NCBI GenBank assembly: GCA_024103425.1
Contig: JAGFIS010000014.1
Coordinates: forward strand, 2,637 to 66,636
Direction of reading: 5' to 3'
Length of the DNA: 64,000 bases
Source: Chitinophagaceae bacterium
GTDB lineage: Bacteria; Bacteroidota; Bacteroidia; Chitinophagales; Chitinophagaceae
Under the pieces are notes generated by a model. The model was not told where the DNA came from. It searched no databases and saw only the letters and a program-made list of their open reading frames with translations. Positions 1 through 8,093 of this stretch are shown here, piece by piece. How positions within the stretch are numbered: the stretch's first letter is position 1; the number at the start of each line of letters is the position of its first letter. A program made the translations under genes and the position numbers.

Positions 1-468
1 TTCCCTGATTTCTCTCATGTCTTGCACCTCTTTTTCGAGGTCGTATTCTGTACCGTCGATCAGGTGTTCGCAGAGGCGAACTGCCGATTTTGCCGCATAA
101 ACACCCACGTCTTCCTCCATATAATCGAAGATGACGAAGTACTCGCCGGGCTTCCCCGTTCCTCTCGTTCTTCCGAAACCCATATCCATCCCTGCAAGGG
201 TCTGCAACTCAAGCGCTACGTGCTCGATGACGTGGCCCATCCAGGTGCCTTCTTCCACTCTTTTGAAGAATCCGCCCGGCACACCTTCACTGCATCTGTG
301 TTGATACAGGCCGGGAAGCAAAGCTTCTAACCGTTCTCTGAAACCTGCGATTTTGTTGGTGGGTCTTTCTTCTAAATCTTCAAGGTCCAGGGTCATCTGG
401 ATGAGCTTGGGCCTCCGGATACTCCAATAATTTGGACCACGAAGCACTCTGATGTTTACGATCTTCAT
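1..468 (-). CDS. cphA: Cyanophycin synthetase, N-terminal part (runs off the window start; not in the ORF track)
   Basis: Manual translation from the ATG at 468: MKIVNIRVLRGPNYWSIRRPKLIQMTLDLEDLEERPTNKIAGFRERLEALLPGLYQHRCSEGVPGGFFKRVEEGTWMGHVIEHVALELQTLAG. This is the characteristic CphA N-terminus, open to position 1 and divergent from a cyanophycinase. Confidence 0.9.
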   Translation of the reverse strand, partial: MKIVNIRVLRGPNYWSIRRPKLIQMTLDLEDLEERPTNKIAGFRERLEALLPGLYQHRCSEGVPGGFFKRVEEGTWMGHVIEHVALELQTLAGMDMGFGRTRGTGKPGEYFVIFDYMEEDVGVYAAKSAVRLCEHLIDGTEYDLEKEVQDMREIRE

Positions 469-636
469 TCTGAGATATTTGTTGTGGAAAAGTTTGCGGG
501 TAGAAAAATAAGAAAGAATGAAAATCTTTTCAAATAAATATTTTTTACACAATGCTTTCCTGCAGATTCCGTTACATTTGTGACTAACCTTATATAAACG
601 GAAAATACCGGCTTTGTTTCATCAAATGAAATTTTC

Positions 637-1545
637 ATGGAAGGACCTCGCGGAAAACTATTTTCAATCGGAGGAGCAGAAGATAAAGGAGTAGATTTAG
701 AGAAAGGAAAAATAGAAAGAAACAACCTCAATTTTTTTGAACTGGGCATCCTGCGCAGGCTGGTTGAAGAAGCCGGCGGAACCGAGAAGCGGATAGAAGT
801 GATTACCACGGCATCGATGATGCCCGTGGAAGTTGGTGAAAACTATCTGAATGCCTTTGGAAAGATCGGCTGTACGAATATTGGGGTGCTGCCTATCCGT
901 AACCGGACTGATGCCATGAAAGAAGAATACGTTGAGCGCATCAGAAAATGCGATGCGGTGATGTTCAGCGGCGGTAACCAGTTGCGGCTGACTTCCTGCT
1001 TCGGCGGGACGGAATTTTTGGCGATTATCCAGAACAGATATTTGAATGAAGACGGCTTCCTGATCGGCGGCACATCTGCCGGCGGTATGGCTATGAGCAA
1101 TACCATGATTTATGAGGGGAATGCTTCTACGGCTCACTTGAAAGGCCAGGTAAAGCTGACAACCGGACTGGCATTTATGAAGGATGTCATCTTCGATAGC
1201 CATTTCGAAAAGCGTGGAAGATTCGGTCGTTTGGCTCAGGCTGTAGCGAGCAATCCTTCGGCAATCGGAATCGGATTGGGTGAAGATACGGGTATGCTTA
1301 TTCGTGAAGGCAATATTATGGAAGCTGTTGGCAGCGGGCTCGTTGTAATTATTGACGGCCACGACATCCGCCATAATAACATTGCTGATATTCCAGATGG
1401 CAACCCGATAAGCGTAGAGAATATCAAGGTGCATTTTTGCGAAAAAGGAAATGGATACCTTGTCAAAGAGAGGAAATTCATCACCGATATTTCGGCCTAC
1501 CTCGAAAGGTATGAGGAGGAAGAGGTTAAAGCAAAGGCTAAATAA
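637..1545 (+). CDS. cphB: Cyanophycinase (peptidase S51)
   Basis: IGGAEDK, FSGGNQ, GTSAG nucleophile elbow, DSHF and GIGLGEDTG motifs; adjacent to cphA. Confidence 0.9.
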   Translation: MEGPRGKLFSIGGAEDKGVDLEKGKIERNNLNFFELGILRRLVEEAGGTEKRIEVITTASMMPVEVGENYLNAFGKIGCTNIGVLPIRNRTDAMKEEYVERIRKCDAVMFSGGNQLRLTSCFGGTEFLAIIQNRYLNEDGFLIGGTSAGGMAMSNTMIYEGNASTAHLKGQVKLTTGLAFMKDVIFDSHFEKRGRFGRLAQAVASNPSAIGIGLGEDTGMLIREGNIMEAVGSGLVVIIDGHDIRHNNIADIPDGNPISVENIKVHFCEKGNGYLVKERKFITDISAYLERYEEEEVKAKAK

Positions 1546-1554
1546 CCATATCTG

Positions 1555-2664
1555 TTACGTAGGATTTTTCTTCAAGACCTCATACAATAATTGTTGCTGT
1601 TTAATATAGATCGGGTCTTTTTCGCCTCTTACCATCCTTACAAAATTGATGTACCCCTTAAGGCGATTAATGAATGTTGCCTTCTGGCCTTCAGAAGGTT
1701 GCCTGTTTAATTTGAAATGTTTTTTTGCTGCTGATTCAGGACCGTTGACAGAGAGGTCATGCAGCATAGCCCTGATTTTCTTCAGTAATTTTCTGTCAAC
1801 ATTTATTTTATTATTTACTGTAAGGCCGGTTACTGTCTGCTTCCTGCCCGCATTGCGTACCCTCAGTTTTTTCTCATTGATAGCGAAATCATTTTTTCTG
1901 ATCTCATTGATGATATCCAGAATAAGGTCGGTAGATATGTGTTCTTTAGAGGAGAAAGTAAGGTCGTCAGCATAGCGCGAGTAGGAGAGTCCATGAAGAA
2001 AGGAAAATGCTTTCAGTTCCTTGTCTAACTGATAACAGATAAAATTGGATAGTACGGGAGAGCTAGGGGCTCCTGTCGGCAGATGCCCGTTGTAAGTGGT
2101 CAGCAGGGCGAGTACTGTAGCCATTTGACGGGTGAAGCCGAAGAACTCAGAGGAGAAAAGCCGGAACACTCTGTTTGCGGTAACTCGGGGGAAGAAGTCT
2201 TTCAGGTCGATGTTCAATACCGCTTTCTTTCCTGTATGTCTCTCTGCATTCGCAACGATGTTACAATTATCCTCGGTGAGGAGAGCATTGATGACAAAGC
2301 CATGAACTTCATCCGGTTTTATCCAGAAATAATAGGCCTGCAGATAATGGTTGAGCTTCTTTTGTAATTCCTTTAGTCCTTCTTCAGGAGCCAGTATTTC
2401 TCTGTATCCGCCTCTCTTTTTGGGGATTTGAAACGCTCTGTATGAAGGATAATTGATGATATGTTCCAGTTGGGACATAGGAATTTCTAAGAGACGACAA
2501 AGTTCGCCGGGAGTGCCAATCGAAAGGAAAAGAAGTGCATCCGTCTGGTATTTCTGAAACCCGGCCAGCGTGGAGGACCTGTGCTCAGGTTTCCCGAAGA
2601 AAATTTGATGCAGCCGTTTCTTTTGCATCTCAGAGATGGAGCGTATTTTTCTTACTTTCTTCAT
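1555..2664 (-). CDS. Retron-type reverse transcriptase (369 aa)
   Basis: IPKKRGGYREI, NAERH (retron region X NAxxH, aa 139-143), IDLKDFF, LPTGAPSSP, YADD (aa 231-234) and VTG (retron region Y, aa 278-280). No maturase/endonuclease or Cas1 domain seen. Confidence 0.92.
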   Translation of the reverse strand: MKKVRKIRSISEMQKKRLHQIFFGKPEHRSSTLAGFQKYQTDALLFLSIGTPGELCRLLEIPMSQLEHIINYPSYRAFQIPKKRGGYREILAPEEGLKELQKKLNHYLQAYYFWIKPDEVHGFVINALLTEDNCNIVANAERHTGKKAVLNIDLKDFFPRVTANRVFRLFSSEFFGFTRQMATVLALLTTYNGHLPTGAPSSPVLSNFICYQLDKELKAFSFLHGLSYSRYADDLTFSSKEHISTDLILDIINEIRKNDFAINEKKLRVRNAGRKQTVTGLTVNNKINVDRKLLKKIRAMLHDLSVNGPESAAKKHFKLNRQPSEGQKATFINRLKGYINFVRMVRGEKDPIYIKQQQLLYEVLKKNPT

Positions 2665-2679
2665 GGCTGATAAATAAGA

Positions 2680-2845
2680 GAGCCGCTGTCCCGATTATCT
2701 TTGAAAACTTTCGCTATTGATGAGAGCGCAGCGAAGCGAGCACCGATAGCAATAGCGGAATGACTTCGCCCGTTTTCTCATGGGTTGCAGGAACACAACC
2801 GCCTTGTCTTTACAGTTTGACAACATAATTTTAAGGCAGCGGCTC
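2680..2845 (-). ncRNA. Candidate retron ncRNA (msr-msd)
   Basis: Terminal inverted repeats GAGCCGCTG (2845-2837 on minus) and CAGCGGCTC (2688-2680). Two small msr-like stem-loops (2804-2823, 2783-2800) and a long msd-like hairpin (2709-2760). Lies directly upstream of the RT start. Confidence 0.8.
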
Positions 2846-2853
2846 AATATTTT

Positions 2854-3903
2854 TTATTCAAAAGGATTGTCTAACTCATCCAGTCTTTTTTGAATGACAA
2901 ACAAATCTCTTTTTTCTTCTTTATAATCATAGAAACAGGTAAACTCTTCATCTGCCTTCAATATCACCTTACCCGCCTTTCCGTTTCTGTTCTTTGCAAA
3001 GATGATTTCAACTTTTCTTTCCGTATCATTCCCAAATTCGTCTAAAGCATAACCGTAGTATTCGGGGCGATAGAGCAGCAGCACCTTATCTGCATCCTGC
3101 TCGATAGCGCCACTGTCTCTGAGGTCAGACGGTATCGGCCGCTGACCTGTCTGGGTGCGGTACTCGGCAGCACGGCTTAGTTGGCTTAAGGCTATGACAC
3201 ATACATTAAGGTCTCTGGCAATGTTCTTCAGTTCGCGTGTGATATAACCGATTTCTATCTCCCGGTTATGCCGGTATCTGTTGGTGCTCATCATTTGCAG
3301 ATAGTCGACTATTATCACTTCTACTCCGTTTTCCTCTGCCTGTTTCCGGCATTCATTCTTTAATGCTTGTACAGAGTAATTACAAGTGTTGTTAATAAAT
3401 ATTTTTTTATCCTGAAACTCTTTTAAAACATCTCTCAGAGATTTTGCAGCATCTTCCGGGTAGCTGCCATCCAAAATTTGATTTACGGGTATGCCTGACA
3501 GACAGGATATAAATCGCTGAGCCAAGAGTGTGTCTGAAAGGTCAAACGTAAAATACAGTACCGGTGCCCGGTCTGCAATGTTAAGTGCCAGGTTGACCAT
3601 CAGTTGTGTCTTGCCCATGGCGGGCCTGCCTCCGAGTACTACTAATTCGCCCCGGGCTAACCCGCTGTAGTTTTCATCAAAGTCTTTGAACCCGGTGGTA
3701 ATGATATCCCTCCCCTGTTCTCCCTTTTCAAGTCGTTGAATATTCTCCGCCACCAGGGTACTTATAGGAACGGATTCTCCGATTTCCTTTGCAAACAATT
3801 CGTTGTTGAGCAGCAGCTGTCTCAAATGCAGAATTAATTCTACCTCAGAAAGGGACGGGTTTTCAATCAGGTTTTCAATTCTCTTTTTAATACCGGGTGT
3901 CAT
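2854..3903 (-). CDS. DnaB-like helicase, C-terminal RecA domain only (349 aa), putative retron partner
   Basis: Walker A GRPAMGKT, Walker B IIVDYLQ, ALSQLSR, DLRDSGAIEQDAD and AKNRNG finger. Lacks the N-terminal primase-binding domain. H1a reads FTFDLS instead of FSLEMS. Confidence 0.85.
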   Translation of the reverse strand: MTPGIKKRIENLIENPSLSEVELILHLRQLLLNNELFAKEIGESVPISTLVAENIQRLEKGEQGRDIITTGFKDFDENYSGLARGELVVLGGRPAMGKTQLMVNLALNIADRAPVLYFTFDLSDTLLAQRFISCLSGIPVNQILDGSYPEDAAKSLRDVLKEFQDKKIFINNTCNYSVQALKNECRKQAEENGVEVIIVDYLQMMSTNRYRHNREIEIGYITRELKNIARDLNVCVIALSQLSRAAEYRTQTGQRPIPSDLRDSGAIEQDADKVLLLYRPEYYGYALDEFGNDTERKVEIIFAKNRNGKAGKVILKADEEFTCFYDYKEEKRDLFVIQKRLDELDNPFE

Positions 3904-4042
3904 GCGATAAAGTTAACCCAAAGACCGGGTATTTTTATTAACATTTCCGGAATACAATCAACAATCTATACTCCTGCGTATGTGGAAAAACGAAAATGGA
4001 GAATGAATTTCTGCAGACCGGTAAAAATGAATTTGTGTAAAA

Positions 4043-4897
4043 TTAGAAGACCCCCTTTGCAAAGGTGTTACCCTGATTCAGATCGCCTGTTTCGAATCCT
4101 TTTTTGAACCAATACATTCTCTGTTCAGAAGTTCCATGGGTAAAGGAGTCGGGGGTTACAGTACCCTGATATTTTTTTTGCAGCCGGTCATCTCCGATGG
4201 CATTGGCAGCTTCAAGGGCTTCGCGGATGTCCTGAGCGTGGATAACATTTTTCATCTTCTGATTATAATGCGCCCATATTCCGGCGTAGAAATCGGCTTG
4301 TAACTCTAGTCTTACGCTGTATTTATTGTATTCAGTTTCTGAAACCTGTCCCCTGATTTGGTTCATCTTTTCAGTAAGACCTAGTAGATCCTGTACATGG
4401 TGCCCGATTTCGTGTGCAATAACATAGGCCATTGCAAAGTCTCCCTTTACACCGAACTCCTGCTTCAATTGTTGTGCGAAAGAGAGGTCAATATATACTT
4501 GCTTATCGGCAGGGCAATAAAATGGGCCGGTAGCCGCAGTAGCCCCGCCACATGCAGAAGTGGTACTACCTCTGAACATTACGAGGGTAGGCTCCTGATA
4601 GGTGCGCCCCATCTGGCGGAAAAGTTCGTTCCACACGTCTTCGGTATCTGCCAGTACTACTTTCACGAAGGCAGCCTCTTCTTCGTCGGCGGCCTCTTGT
4701 TCGGGGGTCATTGTAGTCTGCCCGAAACCATCCGGCGGGAAAAGCTGCTGGAGATCATTGATATCACCACCACCTAAAAAGAGTTGTGCGAAGATGAATA
4801 ACAGTCCGATGATACCGCCACCTAACGCCAATCCGCCGCCGCTGATGGCTCTCCTGTCGTCGACATTGCTGCTCTCCCTGCGTCCTTTCCAGTCCAT
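4043..4897 (-). CDS. Neutral zinc metallopeptidase (YpfJ family)
   Basis: N-terminal GRRESSNVDDRR, Gly-rich TM segment, GPFYCPAD, AHEIGHHVQ (HExxH), ELQADFYAG, FTHGTSEQR. Confidence 0.9.
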   Translation of the reverse strand: MDWKGRRESSNVDDRRAISGGGLALGGGIIGLLFIFAQLFLGGGDINDLQQLFPPDGFGQTTMTPEQEAADEEEAAFVKVVLADTEDVWNELFRQMGRTYQEPTLVMFRGSTTSACGGATAATGPFYCPADKQVYIDLSFAQQLKQEFGVKGDFAMAYVIAHEIGHHVQDLLGLTEKMNQIRGQVSETEYNKYSVRLELQADFYAGIWAHYNQKMKNVIHAQDIREALEAANAIGDDRLQKKYQGTVTPDSFTHGTSEQRMYWFKKGFETGDLNQGNTFAKGVF

Positions 4898-5160
4898 AAC
4901 GTTGAATTAAAGAGGTAATTGAAAGTTCAAATATATCTTATTTTAAAAAAAACTAATCAGGGCTTTGCTCCCGGTACCGAACCGGGCTGCACAAAATATT
5001 CTAAGCCCCGGACCCTGTGAATGCCCTTTTCGGGGTTTAAAAAAGGTTAAAAAAGCCGGCCATTATTTTTTCGAGTCAATTTTTATATAGATTATCAATG
5101 AGTTATGAAGGTGCGATAAAAAAAGTGCCCAAAAATCATACGAATGAGAGAAAGCAATCA

Positions 5161-5168
5161 TACCTTTG
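5161..5168 (+). promoter_or_regulatory. Bacteroidota -7 promoter element (TACCTTTG) for the rplM operon
   Basis: Exact TAnnTTTG match ~70 nt upstream of rplM; no clear -33 TTTG seen. Confidence 0.65.
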
Positions 5169-5238
5169 CACTCCTTTTTAAAAATGCCGGGTTAGCGGCA
5201 TTAGTTTTCACCGGCAGCAATGCCAAATAAAAAACAAA

Positions 5239-5694
5239 ATGAGTAAACTACATTTCACAACAAAACATGCGAACGAGGCTGGCATACAGCGCAACTGGTA
5301 TGTTGTAGACGCCACTAATCAAACCGTAGGCCGCATGTGTGCAAGAATTGCATCTGTTCTTCGCGGAAAGAACAAGGCCTATTATACTCCACACGTAGAT
5401 TGCGGAGATTATGTAATCGTGGTAAATGCGGAGAAAGTAAAATTCACCGGAAACAAACTGGATGAAAAGGAATACCTGACTTACAGCGGTTATCCCGGAG
5501 GCCAGAAGCGTGTTATCGCTGCAGATCTGCAGGCAAGACGCCCCGAAGTAATTATCGAAAGAGCAGTAAAAGGAATGCTTCCTAAAAACCGTTTGGGACG
5601 TAAGATGTTCAAAAAACTGTTTGTTTATGCAGGCAATGAACATCCGCATACAGCTCAGAATCCTCAACCATTAATCACTCAAAAACAAGGGTAG
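5239..5694 (+). CDS. rplM: 50S ribosomal protein L13
   Basis: [41 protein letters not shown]. Confidence 0.98.
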   Translation: MSKLHFTTKHANEAGIQRNWYVVDATNQTVGRMCARIASVLRGKNKAYYTPHVDCGDYVIVVNAEKVKFTGNKLDEKEYLTYSGYPGGQKRVIAADLQARRPEVIIERAVKGMLPKNRLGRKMFKKLFVYAGNEHPHTAQNPQPLITQKQG

Positions 5695-5724
5695 TAAGTT
5701 ATTACCCGTTAATAATATTGTACA

Positions 5725-6114
5725 ATGGAAAAACAGAATAACGCAACCGGTCGCAGAAAAGAAGCCGTAACACGTGTATTTATCAAGAGTGGCAAAGGAA
5801 GTATTACTGTAAACGGTAAAGATTACAAAACATACTTTCCGCTGATGTACTTACAGAATCAGTTGGAACTCCCTCTTAAGACTGTAGAATCTCTGGACAA
5901 ATTCGATATAGTTATCAACGCCACCGGCGGGGGGGCTAAAGGGCAGGCAGAAGCTGCAAAACTCGGAATTGCCCGCGCATTGATTAGTGTAAACCCTGAG
6001 TTCAGGCCGGTACTTAAAGATGCCGGATTACTGACAAGAGATCCCAGAAGCGTGGAGAGAAAGAAACCCGGTCAGAAGAAAGCAAGAAAGAGCTTCCAGT
6101 TCTCTAAAAGATAA
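5725..6114 (+). CDS. rpsI: 30S ribosomal protein S9
   Basis: ATGRRKEAV start, C-terminal RKKPGQKKARKSFQFSKR. Confidence 0.98.
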   Translation: MEKQNNATGRRKEAVTRVFIKSGKGSITVNGKDYKTYFPLMYLQNQLELPLKTVESLDKFDIVINATGGGAKGQAEAAKLGIARALISVNPEFRPVLKDAGLLTRDPRSVERKKPGQKKARKSFQFSKR

Positions 6115-6174
6115 TCTATACGTTTTAACTATTAAGAAATTATTCTCTTACCTGAGAAGGAAAAAACAAAATAA

Positions 6175-7044
6175 ATGGAAAACAACACTTCATTACAACA
6201 GCAACTTTTGGAAGCCGGTGTTCATTTCGGGCACCTGAAGAAAAAATGGAACCCCAAAATGTTGCCGTACATTTTTGCGGAGAAGAAGGGCATACACATC
6301 ATCGATCTCAATAAGACTGTAGAAGGACTTGAAGAAGCTGCTGCAGCGCTGAAGTCTATCGCCAAGAGCGGTAAGAAGGTCATGTTTGTTGCTACCAAGA
6401 AGCAGGCGAAAGAAATCGTGACCGAAGCTGCCAAAAGAGTAAACATGCCCTATGTGACCGAGCGCTGGCTGGGTGGCATGCTTACCAACTTCAACACAGT
6501 TCGTAAGAGCGTGAAGAAAATGCAGAACATCGACAAGATGCTGAACGACGGTACATTAGACAGTATCACAAAGAAAGAGCGCCTCACGCTGACACGCGAT
6601 AAAGAGAAGATGGAGAAGGTGTTGGGTGGTATCGCTCAAATCAGTAGGGTGCCAGCAGCTTTGTTTATCGTTGACATAGGTCACGAGCACATAGCTTTGG
6701 CAGAAGCCAGAAGGTTGAACATCACCACTTTTGGGATGGTAGATACCAACTGCGATCCTAACAAAGTTGAGTTCTCTATCCCTGCAAATGATGATGCTAC
6801 TAAATCAATAGCTATCATCACCAACTACATAGCAAACGCTATTGCTGAAGGTTTGGCCGAAAGACAAGCAATGAAAGAAGAAGAGGAGGCCGAAGAATCT
6901 GAAGAGCCCACAACAAAAGAGTTTAAAGTAGATGATGATGATGAAACAGGGGGACGCCAGAAAGGAAGAGGCAGAGGCGCTGCAGGAACTCAGAGAAGAA
7001 AAGTTCCGGCAGGAAGCCGCTCATCTTCAGCAAGCAAAAAATAA
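6175..7044 (+). CDS. rpsB: 30S ribosomal protein S2
   Basis: [37 protein letters not shown]. Confidence 0.98.
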   Translation: MENNTSLQQQLLEAGVHFGHLKKKWNPKMLPYIFAEKKGIHIIDLNKTVEGLEEAAAALKSIAKSGKKVMFVATKKQAKEIVTEAAKRVNMPYVTERWLGGMLTNFNTVRKSVKKMQNIDKMLNDGTLDSITKKERLTLTRDKEKMEKVLGGIAQISRVPAALFIVDIGHEHIALAEARRLNITTFGMVDTNCDPNKVEFSIPANDDATKSIAIITNYIANAIAEGLAERQAMKEEEEAEESEEPTTKEFKVDDDDETGGRQKGRGRGAAGTQRRKVPAGSRSSSASKK

Positions 7045-7106
7045 AAAAACAGGTTTTTTAAATTAAAAAAAGGCCGGAGTGATATCCGGGCCGAAAAAAT
7101 ATAAAT

Positions 7107-7934
7107 ATGAGTACAGTAACAATTACAGCAGCAGATATTAACAAGCTTCGTCAGCAGACGGGTGCAGGTATGATGGATTGCAGAAAAGCACTTATCGAAG
7201 CTAATGGAGACTTTGAAGAAGCAATTGATTACCTGAGGAAGAAAGGTCAGAAAGTAGCTGCTCTTCGTGGAGACAGGGATGCAAAAGAAGGTGTGATTAT
7301 AGCACAGACTACGTCTGACAGAAAGAAAGGATACATCATCAACCTGAGCTGCGAAACCGACTTCGTTAGTAAAAATGAAGAGTTTGTAAAATTCGCTCAG
7401 TCTATTATGGATGCAGTGCTTTCAAATGAGGTAAATTCTCTTGACGAGCTGAACAAAGTGAAATTCGGAGATGAAACCGTTGCTGATAAAGTAAACGAGC
7501 AGGTTGCGAAAATTGGTGAAAAAATTGGAATTACCCGTTTTGAAAAACTGGAAGCACCTTATGTAGCATCTTACATTCACGGAGCCTACAGAATGGGAGT
7601 GCTGGTGGGTCTGGATAAAGAAAATGAGGAAGTTGGAAAAGACCTCGCAATGCAGATTGCGGCCATGAACCCGATAGCTGTAGACCAGGCTGGAGTATCT
7701 GCAGAAATTATAGAGAGAGAAAAGAACATTGCTATTGAGCAGGTGAAAGCAGAAGGCAAGCCGGCTGAAATGGCTGAAAGAATTGCTGCCGGAAAAATGA
7801 ATAAATTCTTTAAAGAGAACACACTTCTGGCTCAGGCTTTCGTAAAAGACGGTAATAAGTCAGTTGAAAACTATATTAAAGAAGTAGCTGGGGACCTGAA
7901 AGTAACAGGTTTTGTACGTGTTGCTTTAGGTTAA
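7107..7934 (+). CDS. tsf: Elongation factor Ts
   Basis: LRQQTGAGMMDCRKAL, CETDFV, AMQIAAMNP. Confidence 0.98.
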   Translation: MSTVTITAADINKLRQQTGAGMMDCRKALIEANGDFEEAIDYLRKKGQKVAALRGDRDAKEGVIIAQTTSDRKKGYIINLSCETDFVSKNEEFVKFAQSIMDAVLSNEVNSLDELNKVKFGDETVADKVNEQVAKIGEKIGITRFEKLEAPYVASYIHGAYRMGVLVGLDKENEEVGKDLAMQIAAMNPIAVDQAGVSAEIIEREKNIAIEQVKAEGKPAEMAERIAAGKMNKFFKENTLLAQAFVKDGNKSVENYIKEVAGDLKVTGFVRVALG

Positions 7935-7954
7935 AGAGATATAATTGAAACAGG

Positions 7955-7980
7955 AGGCTGCCGGTGGCAGCCTTTTTTTT
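7955..7980 (+). terminator. Intrinsic terminator of the rplM-rpsI-rpsB-tsf operon
   Basis: AGGCTGCC-ggt-GGCAGCCT hairpin followed by a T run. Confidence 0.85.
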
Positions 7981-8093
7981 GCAGTTTGGTTTTAGGCTAT
8001 TTTATTATCTTCGACTTTTCGATGATATGACGCTTTTTTGCGAAAAAAGTGGAGTACAGATTATGAACAGATTTAAACAACAACTCAGAAAAA

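Noticed and set aside
1555-2664. RT as a group II intron, DGR or CRISPR-associated RT
   Set aside because: It has the retron NAxxH and VTG motifs and no maturase X/En domain, no GxxxSQ motif, no TR/VR repeat pair or Avd gene, and no Cas1 fusion.
2854-3903. Housekeeping replicative dnaB
   Set aside because: At 349 aa it is too short, lacks the N-terminal domain and has the H1a Glu replaced by Asp. It is treated as a paralog, pending a check of the rest of the genome.
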